Both the position numbers and the translations under genes were made by a program. The notes under the pieces are model-generated. The model searched no databases. It was not told the DNA's origin and saw only the letters and a list, made by a program, of their open reading frames with translations. From Macrostomum lignano (Eukaryota), in assembly GCA_002269645.1 (NCBI GenBank), contig NIVC01001629.1:62001-126000 (forward strand): 64,000 nt of DNA. The letters are read 5' to 3'. Positions 51,721-64,000 of the stretch are shown here, one piece after another (within the stretch, counting starts at the first letter, position 1; the number at the start of each line of letters is the position of its first letter).

Positions 51721-54489
51721 GGGTCTGTATAAAAGCAGGGCACCATTGGCACATTGGACACCCCTTATGTTAACAAAAATCGAGTTTTGATCGTTGTTTT
51801 GCTTGAATAAATATACTTTGGCTTTCGAATCAAAACGTAAATATTTATTTATAATTGCACTTTTTCATATACTTCTAACAACCATGAGATTGGTAGTATC
51901 AACAAGTTTTATTCTACATTTAAATTCATTTCTTATCTTGCTTTATTGTCGAACTACTTTCGGTACGTCATTTTCATTTACCTAGTTGGTGCACTTACAG
52001 AAAACATAGAAGCATTAAATGCCGTTTCTTGTTCTCAATAAACGTTGGAAAAAGTGAGCAGCAGACTAGTTGCAGAATTTTATAGCCGGACATGGCATAT
52101 TTGACAATTTGCAGCTGCTCTGGCTTGTTTACTGCCTTTCCATAAATCAACAGCAATGGTGAAAGTGAATCTAATCCTTCTCTCTCTCTCTCTCTCCCAT
52201 AATGTTAATGTTTGATTTGTTGTTAATATGGACTTTTAAAATCCCCCGTGTCTTAAATAAAAAAACGAATATTTTTTTTAAGTTATGATGTCCATCAAAA
52301 TGCAATTAATTAATGTTTTAAAAACATTAAAACTCAATAAATTATTTATTCTCTTATCAAATAGAATCCAACTCTAGAATCTTTTTCAAGGAAAGAATAC
52401 TAACTCCTTAATATTCAATATGGATGATAATAAAGCAGTGCATTACTTTTTCAATTTAGAGAATCTAACAAGGAAATAAATATAATTTAGTACAATACCA
52501 TTGTAAGCAAAAAACCATAAGTTTACAGGTACATTTTTTTGTAAAGATAGATACAGCTGAAAAATTAAAATTTGACAAAAGAATACCACAAACACTAAAA
52601 ATGGGGAGAAAAAGTATAACAAACATTGGCATTAATAAAAAAGTTATAAATATTGCAGCTGAGCAAATGAAATTAGCAATTAAATAATGCAATGAGTTAA
52701 ATGATAAATAACAAAGAAATGCTAAATAACATCTAGCAATGTATATTAAAGCAATTGAAGTGCACTCTGAGTTGAAAGGCTTACAACTCATAAAGTACAG
52801 TTTAAATGCAATGTAACTTTTTATTTATTTGTAACTTTATAACAATAGAAGTCATTACCATAAGCAATTGTATGAAAAGTTGCTATTAATAGTCTTATGT
52901 ACTTTATCTCTACTCTAAGAGCTAACTTTCTATAAATATATATGATTCCTTGTATAAAATTAGGGATTCTTTAAAAAATTCATGCTGCAATATGCATATA
53001 TCACACTCTTGACCCAAGAAAATTATTGAAAGTGGTCAACCAATTAGCACAAAAAAATTATAGACAGGGCTGTAATGGTGCAAGTGGTGTTTCGGCACAC
53101 CACTTAAATTTTTGGAGCAGTTACACTAAAGAAAATTATTATTTTATAAAATTAAGAGAGGCTAATAAAATTAATAAAATTAGTAGGGCTTGAATTGAAT
53201 AATATGCTGTGAAGACGCAAAATTGTAAGCCAAGAAGGCTAGAATTAGGGTTAGCAATTAGGCAATTAGGCGAACTATAGACATTAAGGAATGTGTAGGT
53301 ATTAAATAAATAAATCATGCAGGTGCTAATAGTAGCTTAAAACCTATCACTTGGTCCCTTAGAATGCCATAGTTTTGGACATTAGAATTAAAAAATAGTG
53401 TTCTACTGATTGGGAACTTGTTCTTATTGGGACACTTCTCATAAATATAGAAATATTAATATAAACAATACTAATAAATCTGCCAATTAAAACTTTGTGG
53501 CATTTGTAGGATTTTAGAAAAAGGAAATATACCCTGCAACATACGTGCAGAATATTTATGTGCTAAAGGATTTAGGCCTGAAATAAATGACAATAAATGT
53601 TATGTGAAGATGGTTTATATGTTGTTTATTCAAAGCGTCACATAACTTTTCAGTAAAAATACTTCTTGGTCTGTAAGGTAGATTTTTTACTTAAATGCTT
53701 GAATTTTTTAACTCATAATTTAAATGATTAGCACAATTTCTTAAATATCATGACTTGGCAAATTATTCATAATAAAAGGTTTTCTTACAAGGATTGTATA
53801 TAAAGAAGAGACTGTAATTTGAACTTTCACTGAGTAGCTATTCCTTTTTTGTTGGTTGAAATCATAGAAAAAGTAATTGAACTAATAAAAGAAGAAGCTT
53901 GGAAATTATCAATTTAATCATCATCTTACAAAGTAAAAAAACTTTTTGGGTGCAATTTTTTCATCAAATAATCTGCCAATGTATTAACTTTTTTAATATA
54001 GAAATACTTGCAACTTGGAATATCCAAAGTTCGTTCTTCATGAAGTAATCCTAACAAAATAAGTTGTGGTTTTTTGATAAGAGCAGAATGCTTCATCATT
54101 TTATGGAAAATTGAGTTCTGACTATTAGTTTGATCATTTTATATTATATATCAGGCATATTTAGCATTAAATCGGTACGCCTGTAGTACAGAACCTTCGG
54201 GGTAGTAAAATCACAGTGTAATAGCATTGCAAGCTGCAGTTTTTGCATACATGTGCGATTATTTTAAAAAATCGAATGCCAAATTAAACATGTACAAAAA
54301 ACGATAATACAAAGAATATTTAACAAATCATCTATCACGAAAGCAAGGATGTCATTTCTAATATTATCATTTTTTTAAATTATTTAAAAGGATCTCTGCA
54401 AGTTTATTCTGCATTTTCATATCTAATTTTGTTATAAAAAGGGGTGTCCAATGTGTCCAATGTGCCAGTGCCAGCTTTTATACACACCC
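51721..54489. mobile_element. Nested 2.77-kb non-autonomous Mutator-like TIR element
   Basis: Imperfect TIRs of about 55 bp, GGGTCTGTATAAAAGC..TGGCACATTGGACACCCC versus GGGGTGTCCAATGTG..GCTTTTATACACACCC; exact 9-bp TSD TTTAAGCTC at 51712-51720 and 54490-54498; no intact ORF. Confidence 0.87.
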
Positions 54490-55387
54490 TTTAAGCTCTA
54501 TAGGATATACATGTACATGCCCCTGCCACGGACAAGGGCGCCAGGGCGGTAACGGTATTATGTGAACATTTTTTAGAAATAAATTAAATTGAATTTTCTG
54601 CCGTAACTAAGCATTTAGCATTAAATGTTTTTCTTTGAAACTTGCAAACTTGTAAAGCTATCAGAAGCTTAGCTTCTTGCATTACATTAGGCCTAGGCCT
54701 ATCTAGCCTAGTCTTAGTCTATATTCTCTTTAATGGCTCAGATCAAATATCAGATATTTCGATTATTTTATGAATACTATTAGTAGCTTAATAAAATATA
54801 CTAGAATGCATAATTACTGGACATTATTATTTATTGTGTCAGTACTTATTCTTTAAACCAGATCCAAATTAATAACTAAATCATTGTTGTAATTAATAGT
54901 TAGTCAATAGGAGTGAGGAAAAGTCTTATGGCATACATAAGCTTGAATTTTGATATACAGCATACCTTATATGGCACACATACTCTTATCTAGACCTAGA
55001 AAGGGTTGTGTCATACTACTATTATTTATACAAATACAAAAATCAGATCTATCTAGACTAAGTTATGAAAATTTTAGTTTTTTAAAAGAAATAAATACTA
55101 GGCCTGGGAAAGTTTGAAAAAAATAAAATTATGAATACTATTCACTTTGTAATAGTTACTTTGTAATTATTTTACAAATATATTCTAAATATACAATAGA
55201 TATAAATATGCCATGCCCATAGCAATATTCAATGATCAATGTTTTATTGATCAATGAACATTTTTGTCAATGCTAGAATAAGCTACAGAATAGGAAATTT
55301 GATTTCTAAATTACCATTGGAATATACTTGGTGAACTGGACTACTAATGTACTTTTCCTAGTATATAATCAAAACTATTAGTGGTTA

Positions 55388-55548
55388 AGCCATGCCCAGC
55401 CATGCTCAGGTATGCCAACTATGCCCAGCCATGCCCAGCCACGCCCAACTATGCCCAGCCATGCCCAGCTATGCCAACTATGCCAACTATGCCCAGCCAT
55501 GCCAACTATGACCAGCTATGCCTAACTATGCCCAGCCATGCCCAGCAA
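55388..55548. repeat. Short satellite block (ATGCCCAGCC / AACTATGCCCAGCC), the reverse complement of the 58187-61280 array
   Basis: Same unit family in opposite orientation. Confidence 0.9.
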
Positions 55549-56939
55549 TGTCAACTATACTAACTAGTGCGTTGGCCTATTTAACCCGTTTGTGTGCACA
55601 CATGTAAGAACTTTTTGCTCTCCACAAATGGCACCAGTATGTAGCTACTGCCCGCTAGTACATGTATTTTTGCCAAGGCACTAATTGAGTTTCATCATGC
55701 AAACACTAATGGACTTAAAGTTGAATTTGTGCCTTTGGGCTACACTGTTGACAGGGATCACTATGTTGCCAAGTTTGCTATGGATTATAAATGCATTTTT
55801 ATGAATAATGTAGAGGTTCATTGTTTTTTCTTGTCTATTGTTTTTTTCTGACATTACGAGTAAATGCCACTGCTGTGCTAATTTTTACAGTGTGTTGAAT
55901 TAAATTACAGCAAATCTTTTAGTGCTTGTTTTAATTTGTAGCATATTTACCGCATGGACACACATGGTAGTATAGTATTAGTATATATGTACTTTACGTT
56001 TTTTTAGTATTTAGTATCTTGTTTGCTCTATTCAACATAAAACCTAGCTTACTTATTTTCACTTAATGCACAAACCTTTATTACTGTGTATGTAGTAAAC
56101 GCAATTTTAGTAGTAAATGCAAGTTTAGCAGTTCTACATTACAACGCAATTTAACAATACATTCTTCTTATTTAAGCAATTAAAACTGCTATGGTTTTGA
56201 GAAATCTTAGATTGTACTACACACAAATTCTCTTTTAAACCATTTTAACTCCATACCATGCTACTCCCATGAGTTTCTCAGAATTTCAACAAATATACTC
56301 ATTTTGCAAAGCTAATTTGGCTTTCACATTTAATGCACTATAATTTATTGTCTAAGGAGAGAATGTATGCTTTTGTTTTGTGTTCCCAACGTCTTATAAA
56401 GACTAATAAAGAAGCTTTTTTCAACCATCGAACCAAACTCTAAAAAAATCGTTTATTGGTTTTTAACAACTACTCTTAAACAGTAATAAAAATTATAAAG
56501 TAATAATAATCAATGTGTTACTAAATTTATTTTGATATGAAGTTTCAAGTTGGAAATGTATTGTTTTGGAAGTATGTAATAAGTCTCATTTATTTGATAA
56601 TTGCTAAGTACTGAGTAGCACAAAATTGCATGTAAAGAACGTAAAATTAAAGGACACCTTTTTGGACATTTTATAATGGTTAAACAGATGAATGATAGAC
56701 AAAAAGCTAATTTCAGTCAAATGAAGCTACATAAATAGCACCATACATTACATTACATAAACTGCTTCGTATGGGCTATGTACGAGTACGTCAACATGTA
56801 CACCTTGATTAATGGAACAACTTATTACTTCAAGTAGTACTAACTTCTAAATTAGAGAATAAAAAAGTTTACAATTTTACGTTTACAATTTCTCGCCCTG
56901 GTTGCACTGGACCACCTATTCTGTAACGCGCCCACTTGA

Positions 56940-58074
56940 TCAAAGAGTGTAAGGCTTCAATGGAAACCTTCTCTTTCGTCGCTGTACTGCTAGGTGCTGC
57001 TGCTGTCGGTTGAATGCAGAGAATTCACTCTTAGTCTTTGTGCTACTTACTTCTATAGCAGAGCAGATAGCTTCGACGGTATCGTTATCTCCTGCAGGAG
57101 TAGCAGTAGTAGTTAGACACTGAGGTCTATTTTCTTGTGGTTCAGGAACGCCCTGCTTCTCGACCACGTGTTGAATCTTCCTTATGTCCTGCACCGTCTC
57201 GTGCATCTGCTGTTGCATGGACTTCAAGCTTTCATCCATCTGTCGCAGCTCTTGCTGCATGTTGCGCATGCTTTCTTCCATATTCTGCATTTGCTGCTGC
57301 ATGTTGCGCATTCCCTTAATTTGTTGCATTTGCTGCTGCACGTTTCAAATGTACTCCTCCATTTGCTGCTGCATACTGCGCATGTTTTCAATGTGCTGAT
57401 TCTGTTGAACTTCGGGCATCAGTTGCTGCAACTCGGGTAGCGAGCCGTCAGCTTGCTGACCAGCAGCAGCCTGCGGATCGGCAGCTTGGTTCTCACTAAG
57501 GCTTAATTGAGTGGTCCTTTGTAGTAAAGTGTTGACACTTTGACCTTCCATACCGCGAAGTTTCAAAGAATGCCACCAGATTGCATGTACTGGAGTTCCT
57601 GAGCCGCCCCGTACTGGGAGCCAACAGAGTGCCTGAAAATGTGCGAAACGGAGATTATATAATTTTTATTCGGGAGTAAGACAAGCGAAATTGGTAGGTA
57701 CTGTGAAGAAAGTGCAACTGTAAAAGTGTAAAGCATTTGTAATGCATATAATATAAGAAATCGAACTGCAATAAACTTGTATTTATAAAGACTACTGTGT
57801 TACTAAACTACTGGTCATAAGCGAGTAAGAGTACACTAACCGAGTCTTTAGATTTCCAGTAGACGACCTTAGAATGCCCACTGGTTCCATAGTGACTGCT
57901 CTTCAGACACTCGCACAAAACGGACTTAGCAAAAGAGGGTGGACGTCCGTCAAGCATTAACCACGCTACAAACTGGCTTTCTGGACATACATACGATCGA
58001 TCATCAGGCGCAAGCCGCACAGTCAGCTCATGTGGCAATGGGCCCCGCTCTAGTAGTTGCTCGATTAGCGCCAT
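56940..58074 (-). pseudogene. Two-exon cargo gene (58074-57841, 57632-56940) for an unknown protein with a Gln/Met-rich coiled coil; one in-frame TGA
   Basis: ATG 58074, GTTAGT donor, TTTTCAG acceptor, phase 0. ORFs 57345-57566 and 56940-57341 share one frame separated only by TGA at 57347-57345. MQQQM.. heptad-like repeats. Confidence 0.55.
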
Positions 58075-58186
58075 CACAAAATACATGCACCAGAAAAGAA
58101 AACAGCGAGACAAATAGAAAGAGGCAACAAAATATAAATACACTAAGATATAATATAATAAGTAACAAGTGAAAAAATACACTTGA

Positions 58187-61100
58187 GCATGGCTGGGCAT
58201 AGTTGGGCATGACTGGGCATGGCTGGCATGGCTGGGCATAGTTAAGCATGGCTGGGCAGAGTTAGGCAAAGCTGGGCATAGTTAAACATGGCCGGGCATA
58301 GTTATGCATGGATGGGCATAGTTATGCATGGTTGGTATGGCTGGGCAGAGTTAGGTATAACTGGGCATAGTTGGCATGGCTTGGCATGGCTGGGCATAGT
58401 TAGGCAAGGCTGGGCATAGTTAGGCATGGCTGGGCATGGCTGGGCATAGTTGGGCATGGTAGGCATTGCTGGGCATGGCTGGGCATAGTTAGGCAAGGCT
58501 GGGCATAGTTATGCATGGCTGGGCATAGTTATGCATGGTTGGTATGGCTGGGCAGAGTTAGGTATGGCTGGGCATAGTTGGAATGGCTGGGCATGGCTGG
58601 GCATAGTTAGGCAAGGCTGGGCATAGTTATGCATGGCTGGGCATAGTTGGACATGGTTGGCATGGCTGGGCATAGTTAGGCAAGGCTGGGCATAGTTATG
58701 CAAGGCTGGGCATAGTTGGACATGGTTGGCATGGCTGGGCATGGCTGGGCATAGTTAGGCAAGGCTGGGCATAGTTATGCATGGCTGGGCATAGTTATGC
58801 ATGGTTGGTATGGCTGGGCATAGTTGGCATGGCTGGGCATAGTTAGGCATGGCTGGGCATGACTGGGCATAGTTAGGCAAGGCTGGGCATAGTTAGGCAT
58901 GGCTGGGCATAGTTGGGCATGGTAGGCATTGCTATGCATGGCTGGGCATAGTTAGGCATGGCTGGACATGGTTGGCATGGCTGGGCAAGGCTAGGCATAG
59001 TTGGGCATAGTAGGCATAGTTGGGCATAGTAGGCATTGCTGGGCATAGTTAGGCATGGCTGGACATGGTTGGTATGGCTGGGCATGGCTGGGCATAGTTA
59101 GACATGGCTGAGCAGAGTTAGGCAAAGCTAGGTATAAAGCTAGGTCTAAAGCTGGGTATAGTTAAACATGGCTGGGCATAGTTAAGCAAGGCTGGGCATA
59201 GTTATGCATGGCTGGGCATAGTTGGACATGGTTGGCATGGCTGGGCATGGCTGGGCATAGTTAGACATGGCTGAGCAGAGTTAGGCAAAGCTAGGTATAA
59301 AGCTAGGTCTAAAGCTGGGTATAGTTAAACATGGCTGGGCATAGTTAGGCAAGGCTGGGCATAGTTATGCATGGCTGGGCATAGTTGGACATGGTTGGCA
59401 TGGCTGGGCATGGCTGGGCATAGTTAGGCAAGGCTGGGCATAGTTATGCATGGCTGGGCATAGTTATGCATGGTTGGTATGGCTGGGCATAGTTAGGCAA
59501 GGCTGGGCATAGTTATGCATGGCTGGGCATAGTTGGCATGGCTGGGCATGACTGGGCATGGCTGGGCATAGTTAGGCAAGGCTGGGCATAGTTAGGCATG
59601 GCTGGGCATAGTTGGGCATGGTAGGCATTGCTATGCATGGCTGGGCATAGTTAGGCATGGCTGGACATGGTTGGCATGGCTGGGCAAGGCTGGGCATAGT
59701 TGGGCATAGTAGGCATTGCTGGGCATAGTTGGGCATAGTAGGCATTGCTGGGCATAGTTAGGCATGGCTGGACATGGTTGGTATGGCTGGGCATGGCTGG
59801 GCATAGTTAGGCAAGGCTGGGCATAGTTATGCATGGCTGGGCATAGTTATGCATGGTTGGTATGGCTGGGCAGAGTTAGGTATGGCTGGGCATAGTTGGA
59901 ATGGCTGGGCATGGCTGGGCATAGTTAGGCAAGGCTGGGCATAGTTATGCATGGCTGGGCATAGTTGGACATGGTTGGCATGGCTGGGCATAGTTAGGCA
60001 AGGCTGGGCATAGTTATGCAAGGCTGGGCATAGTTGGACATGGTTGGCATGGCTGGGCATGGCTGGGCATAGTTAGGCAAGGCTGGGCATAGTTATGCAT
60101 GGCTGGGCATAGTTATGCATGGTTGGTATGGCTGGGCATAGTTGGCATGGCTGGGCATAGTTAGGCATGGCTGGGCATGGCTGGGCATAGTTAGGCAAGG
60201 CTGGGCATAGTTAGGCATGGCTGGGCATAGTTGGGCATGGTAGGCATTGCTATGCATGGCTGGGCATAGTTAGGCATGGCTGGACATGGTTGGCATGGCT
60301 GGGCAAGGCTAGGCATAGTTGGGCATAGTAGGCATAGTTGGGCATAGTAGGCATTGCTGGGCATAGTTAGGCATGGCTGGACATGGTTGGTATGGCTGGG
60401 CATGGCTGGGCATAGTTAGACATGGCTGAGCAGAGTTAGGCAAAGCTAGGTATAAAGCTAGGTCTAAAGCTGGGTATAGTTAAACATGGCTGGGCATAGT
60501 TAAGCAAGGCTGGGCATAGTTATGCATGGCTGGGCATAGTTGGACATGGTTGGCATGGCTGGGCATGGCTGGGCATAGTTAGACATGGCTGAGCAGAGTT
60601 AGGCAAAGCTAGGTATAAAGCTAGGTCTAAAGCTGGGTATAGTTAAACATGGCTGGGCATAGTTAGGCAAGGCTGGGCATAGTTATGCATGGCTGGGCAT
60701 AGTTGGACATGGTTGGCATGGCTGGGCATGGCTGGGCATAGTTAGGCAAGGCTGGGCATAGTTATGCATGGCTGGGCATAGTTATGCATGGTTGGTATGG
60801 CTGGGCATAGTTAGGCAAGGCTGGGCATAGTTATGCATGGCTGGGCATAGTTGGCATGGCTGGGCATGACTGGGCATGGCTGGGCATAGTTAGGCAAGGC
60901 TGGGCATAGTTAGGCATGGCTGGGCATAGTTGGGCATGGTAGGCATTGCTATGCATGGCTGGGCATAGTTAGGCATGGCTGGACATGGTTGGCATGGCTG
61001 GGCAAGGCTGGGCATAGTTGGGCATAGTAGGCATTGCTGGGCATAGTTAGGCATGGCTGGACATGGTTGGTATGGCTGGGCATGGCTGGGCATAGTTAGA

Positions 61101-61280
61101 CATGGCTGAGCAGAGTTAGGCAAAGCTAGGTATAAAGCTAGGTCTAAAGCTGGGTATAGTTAAACATGGCTGGGCATAGTTTGGCATGGCTGGGCATGGT
61201 TGGCATGGCTGGGCATAGTTATGCATGGCTGGGCATAGTTATGCATGGCTGGACATGGCTGGGCATGGTTGGACATGGCT
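58187..61280. repeat. 3.1-kb satellite built from 10-bp GGCTGGGCAT / AGTTAGGCAT monomers with a 1318-bp higher-order duplication
   Basis: Identical repeat-derived ORFs are offset by 1318 nt (58509 vs 59827, 58873 vs 60191). Confidence 0.96.
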
Positions 61281-63280
61281 AGGTCATACTTATTCTTGTA
61301 TTAACAGATCATTATAGAAGGCTATAACAAAAAGCATTAGCTATTAGGCCTATAAATTAAAATAATTATTGAATAACAATAATCAATGTATTATAGATAC
61401 TAGTATTTCTAATATTCATAAGAAAATATATTATAAAAAGTAAATAGGGCCTAGTCCTATAACTACAAAGATAAAAAATGCTAATAATTATTTTTAAGAA
61501 ATGATACCTTTTTAAAAAGCAATTAAGTGAGTGTGGTTATTAAAATAAAAATATAGTTAAATCTTTAAGAGAAACAATATCAATGAGTGCCTTATATAGT
61601 AGATTAGTTCAAGGAACGTATGCAAATTATATTTAATTAATTAATAATCAGTAAAACTAGAAAATACATAAGATCATAATGTATAACCAATAGGCAGATA
61701 TTTAAAGTTAAAGTAGTACAAATTATTTTGAATAACCAATTTTGGTAGACTTAAAATGTTAGCATATTTTATAACAACTAGGCCTATAGGCCTAATAAGC
61801 CAATAATTGTCTATAAATTTAAATTTGAACTAATAAAAAATAGTACATTAATTAGTATACTATTTTTAATTAAGTATGATCCTAGTCAGATTTACTAGGG
61901 CCTACTTCTAGTTAGCCAATTGTGCCATAACTAATACAATTAAGTGCAAGAAAATGCATTGTCCACTCTAGATTTTAGCTCATAAATAAAAAAATTATAA
62001 CTTGATAATTCCCTGCTGGCACTAAAAATCCTTGGGTATTTTACATGCTGCAACTAGAAGTAAGTGTCAAAGAACTAAAACCAAATACTAAATAAGGGTA
62101 TCAGTTTACTTAAATTTATTTTCTATAAGTTGCTAGGCCAGTAGGCCCTAGGCCTATTCAACTGTCTTTCAGCTAGTTTAAAGTTCAAATGAAATATTAC
62201 TTTATATAAAAACGAAAAATACTACTAGACAAGCTTGTAATCCTAAAGTCGAAATCTTACAGTTATTAAAATAATTATACACTAAAGTTAATACTAAAAT
62301 AAGATTGCTACGCGTACGCCTGTTTTGAGCCTAAATGAAAGACCCCATTGACGCAGCGCTCTACACGCTAACTTGAATTTTAAATTAGCGCGAATTTGCC
62401 GTACGAATAGTAGCCAAATTATTCATACGGTACCGTACGAATAGTCACTTCCGTTTTAAAGTCTACCTAAAAATTTTCTATTTATTGTACAAGTACTTAG
62501 GCGATAACTTATGCATTACATTTTAAGTAGGCTGTAAATCTCTTTGAACATTCAATCTTTGTAGTCCGTGGATATATTATTCAAAATTTGTTTTTTCGCA
62601 TTCTCACTAACGAGGGCGTATAGTAATTTACTCCAATTTTATAATCTGTGGCGTGGCTTCCATGAGTATGGCACATCGTTAAATGTTTGTGGCACAACCG
62701 TGTAATGTGCCAAATAATTTTCTTTTCAAAATGGCACAACTTTCTGACATTGTTCCATGTCACTAGAACTCAGCAATAACTTCAGCAATAGGTTTCCAGT
62801 GTTTTTGTACTTTTAATCGATTTTATCCACAAAAAACGAACCGGCACAAAACTGAAACTGCGTGGCACAAACTCCCAATAGCAACATCTGTAAAGTGTAT
62901 ATTATTTCTCGAGTGGCACAGTTGCTTTGTTTTTTTCTATTGCTGGAGCTATTGCTGAGGACCGCGGAGTTCATATTTAATGCATAATAATTGCCAGCAA
63001 TCCTTTCATCTGATTTTTTTGTCTGATTAATACATATAAACTTATTTTTATCACCTACGAATTCAAGTGACACCATACTTGTCTTTTAATCCCTTACTTA
63101 AATACTTTTTGCTTTGTTTGCCGTTAAAGATTTTTGAAGTTTCGTAGAAAAAAAAAATTGGCGCTCTTTCAAATACTATATTATTGTAAAACTCGCCGCA
63201 CAGATCCCATTCTATCGAAATAATATTAATATTAAATACACTGACATATACTGGCCAAACAGGCTTCTTGCCTGAGCCAA

Positions 63281-63306
63281 ATTACTACTACTACTACTAC
63301 TACTAC
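63281..63306. repeat. (TAC)n microsatellite
   Basis: Direct inspection. Confidence 0.85.
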
Positions 63307-64000
63307 GCTGTGCAACTTAGTAGCTAGCTCGATCGTTCGATCTCGTTCGTTCGCTTTGCTCATACTATTCAGTCTATTCATACATTCTTTTATCGTAACT
63401 AGCTATAATTATTTGCTAAGCAGATTAACTTAAATTGCAAATTTGTATTACAAACAATTCAAAGCACTTATTCGCACTAATACTAGAAAAAAACTTTCTT
63501 TGAATTCACTATTCATCTTTTGTGCCTGTGATTGTTAACTACTAACTAGGCCTACTACTATCCTACTACTAAGCTTAATTCTAAGTAAAATAAGCAGGTA
63601 AGGACGAGCCTGTACAATATGTGGTAGGCAGGGGTACTATCACTATATGACAGATTGACAGGGTCAGTATCACAAAAATTACTCTAAATAATTTTAGCAG
63701 TTGTTATTGTTCCAGTGACCATAGGCCTATAAATAACAAAATGGTTATTTTTATGGTTAACACATAAGACACTATCTGGGCCTAGGGTTTTAACTTAATT
63801 CTAGTATTTTTCTCCTTTATCTCCATTATACTACTAAAAGATAATAAATAGACTTTACATTAATACATTATTATTATCTATTATATATTTAGAGCTGCGG
63901 CCATCTTAGTATGTGGCTATCTCTGTCATGTGCTATTTGTTAAACTCATTGTATGTGCATTTTTTAGCTTTTTTAACTTTCCAAAAATGAAAATTAGCAT

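Larger units (their letters stand above)
51182..62969. mobile_element. 11.8-kb non-autonomous Mutator/Foldback-like DNA transposon with long TIRs and cargo
   Basis: 491-bp TIRs at 51182-51672 and 62479-62969 (one mismatch noticed, near the tip), exact 10-bp TSD TTCATATTTA at 51172-51181 and 62970-62979, repeated TGTGCCA motifs in the TIRs. Confidence 0.9.

Noticed and set aside
57345-57347. In-frame TGA as selenocysteine or programmed readthrough
   Set aside because: No SECIS or redox motif is evident; a CGA-to-TGA transition in an Arg-containing repeat is simpler.

Overview
Eukaryotic (metazoan) genomic DNA. GC-rich exons, minisatellite-filled introns and AT-rich spacers resemble a free-living flatworm such as Macrostomum (inference only). 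Three host genes are well supported: a six-exon AP endonuclease 2 (APEX2, minus strand, 13086->2602), an intronless abLIM/UNC-115-like LIM plus villin-headpiece gene (19286-21193), and a four-exon BACE-like membrane aspartic protease (30294-34268) whose second catalytic Asp is replaced by His (HSG). The right half is mostly mobile DNA. It includes an 11.8-kb Mutator/Foldback-like element (51182-62969) with near-identical 491-bp terminal inverted repeats (TIRs) and a 10-bp target-site duplication (TSD). That element carries a nested 2.8-kb TIR element, inverted satellite blocks and a two-exon coiled-coil cargo gene, but no recognisable transposase. Also present: a hAT MITE, a tRNA-derived SINE family, LINE and piggyBac remnants, and a three-exon candidate gene resembling a GTF2I (TFII-I) repeat. 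About 20 distinct tandem repeat arrays occur; none is a CRISPR array. All similarity calls were made by eye from remembered family motifs; no database searches were run.
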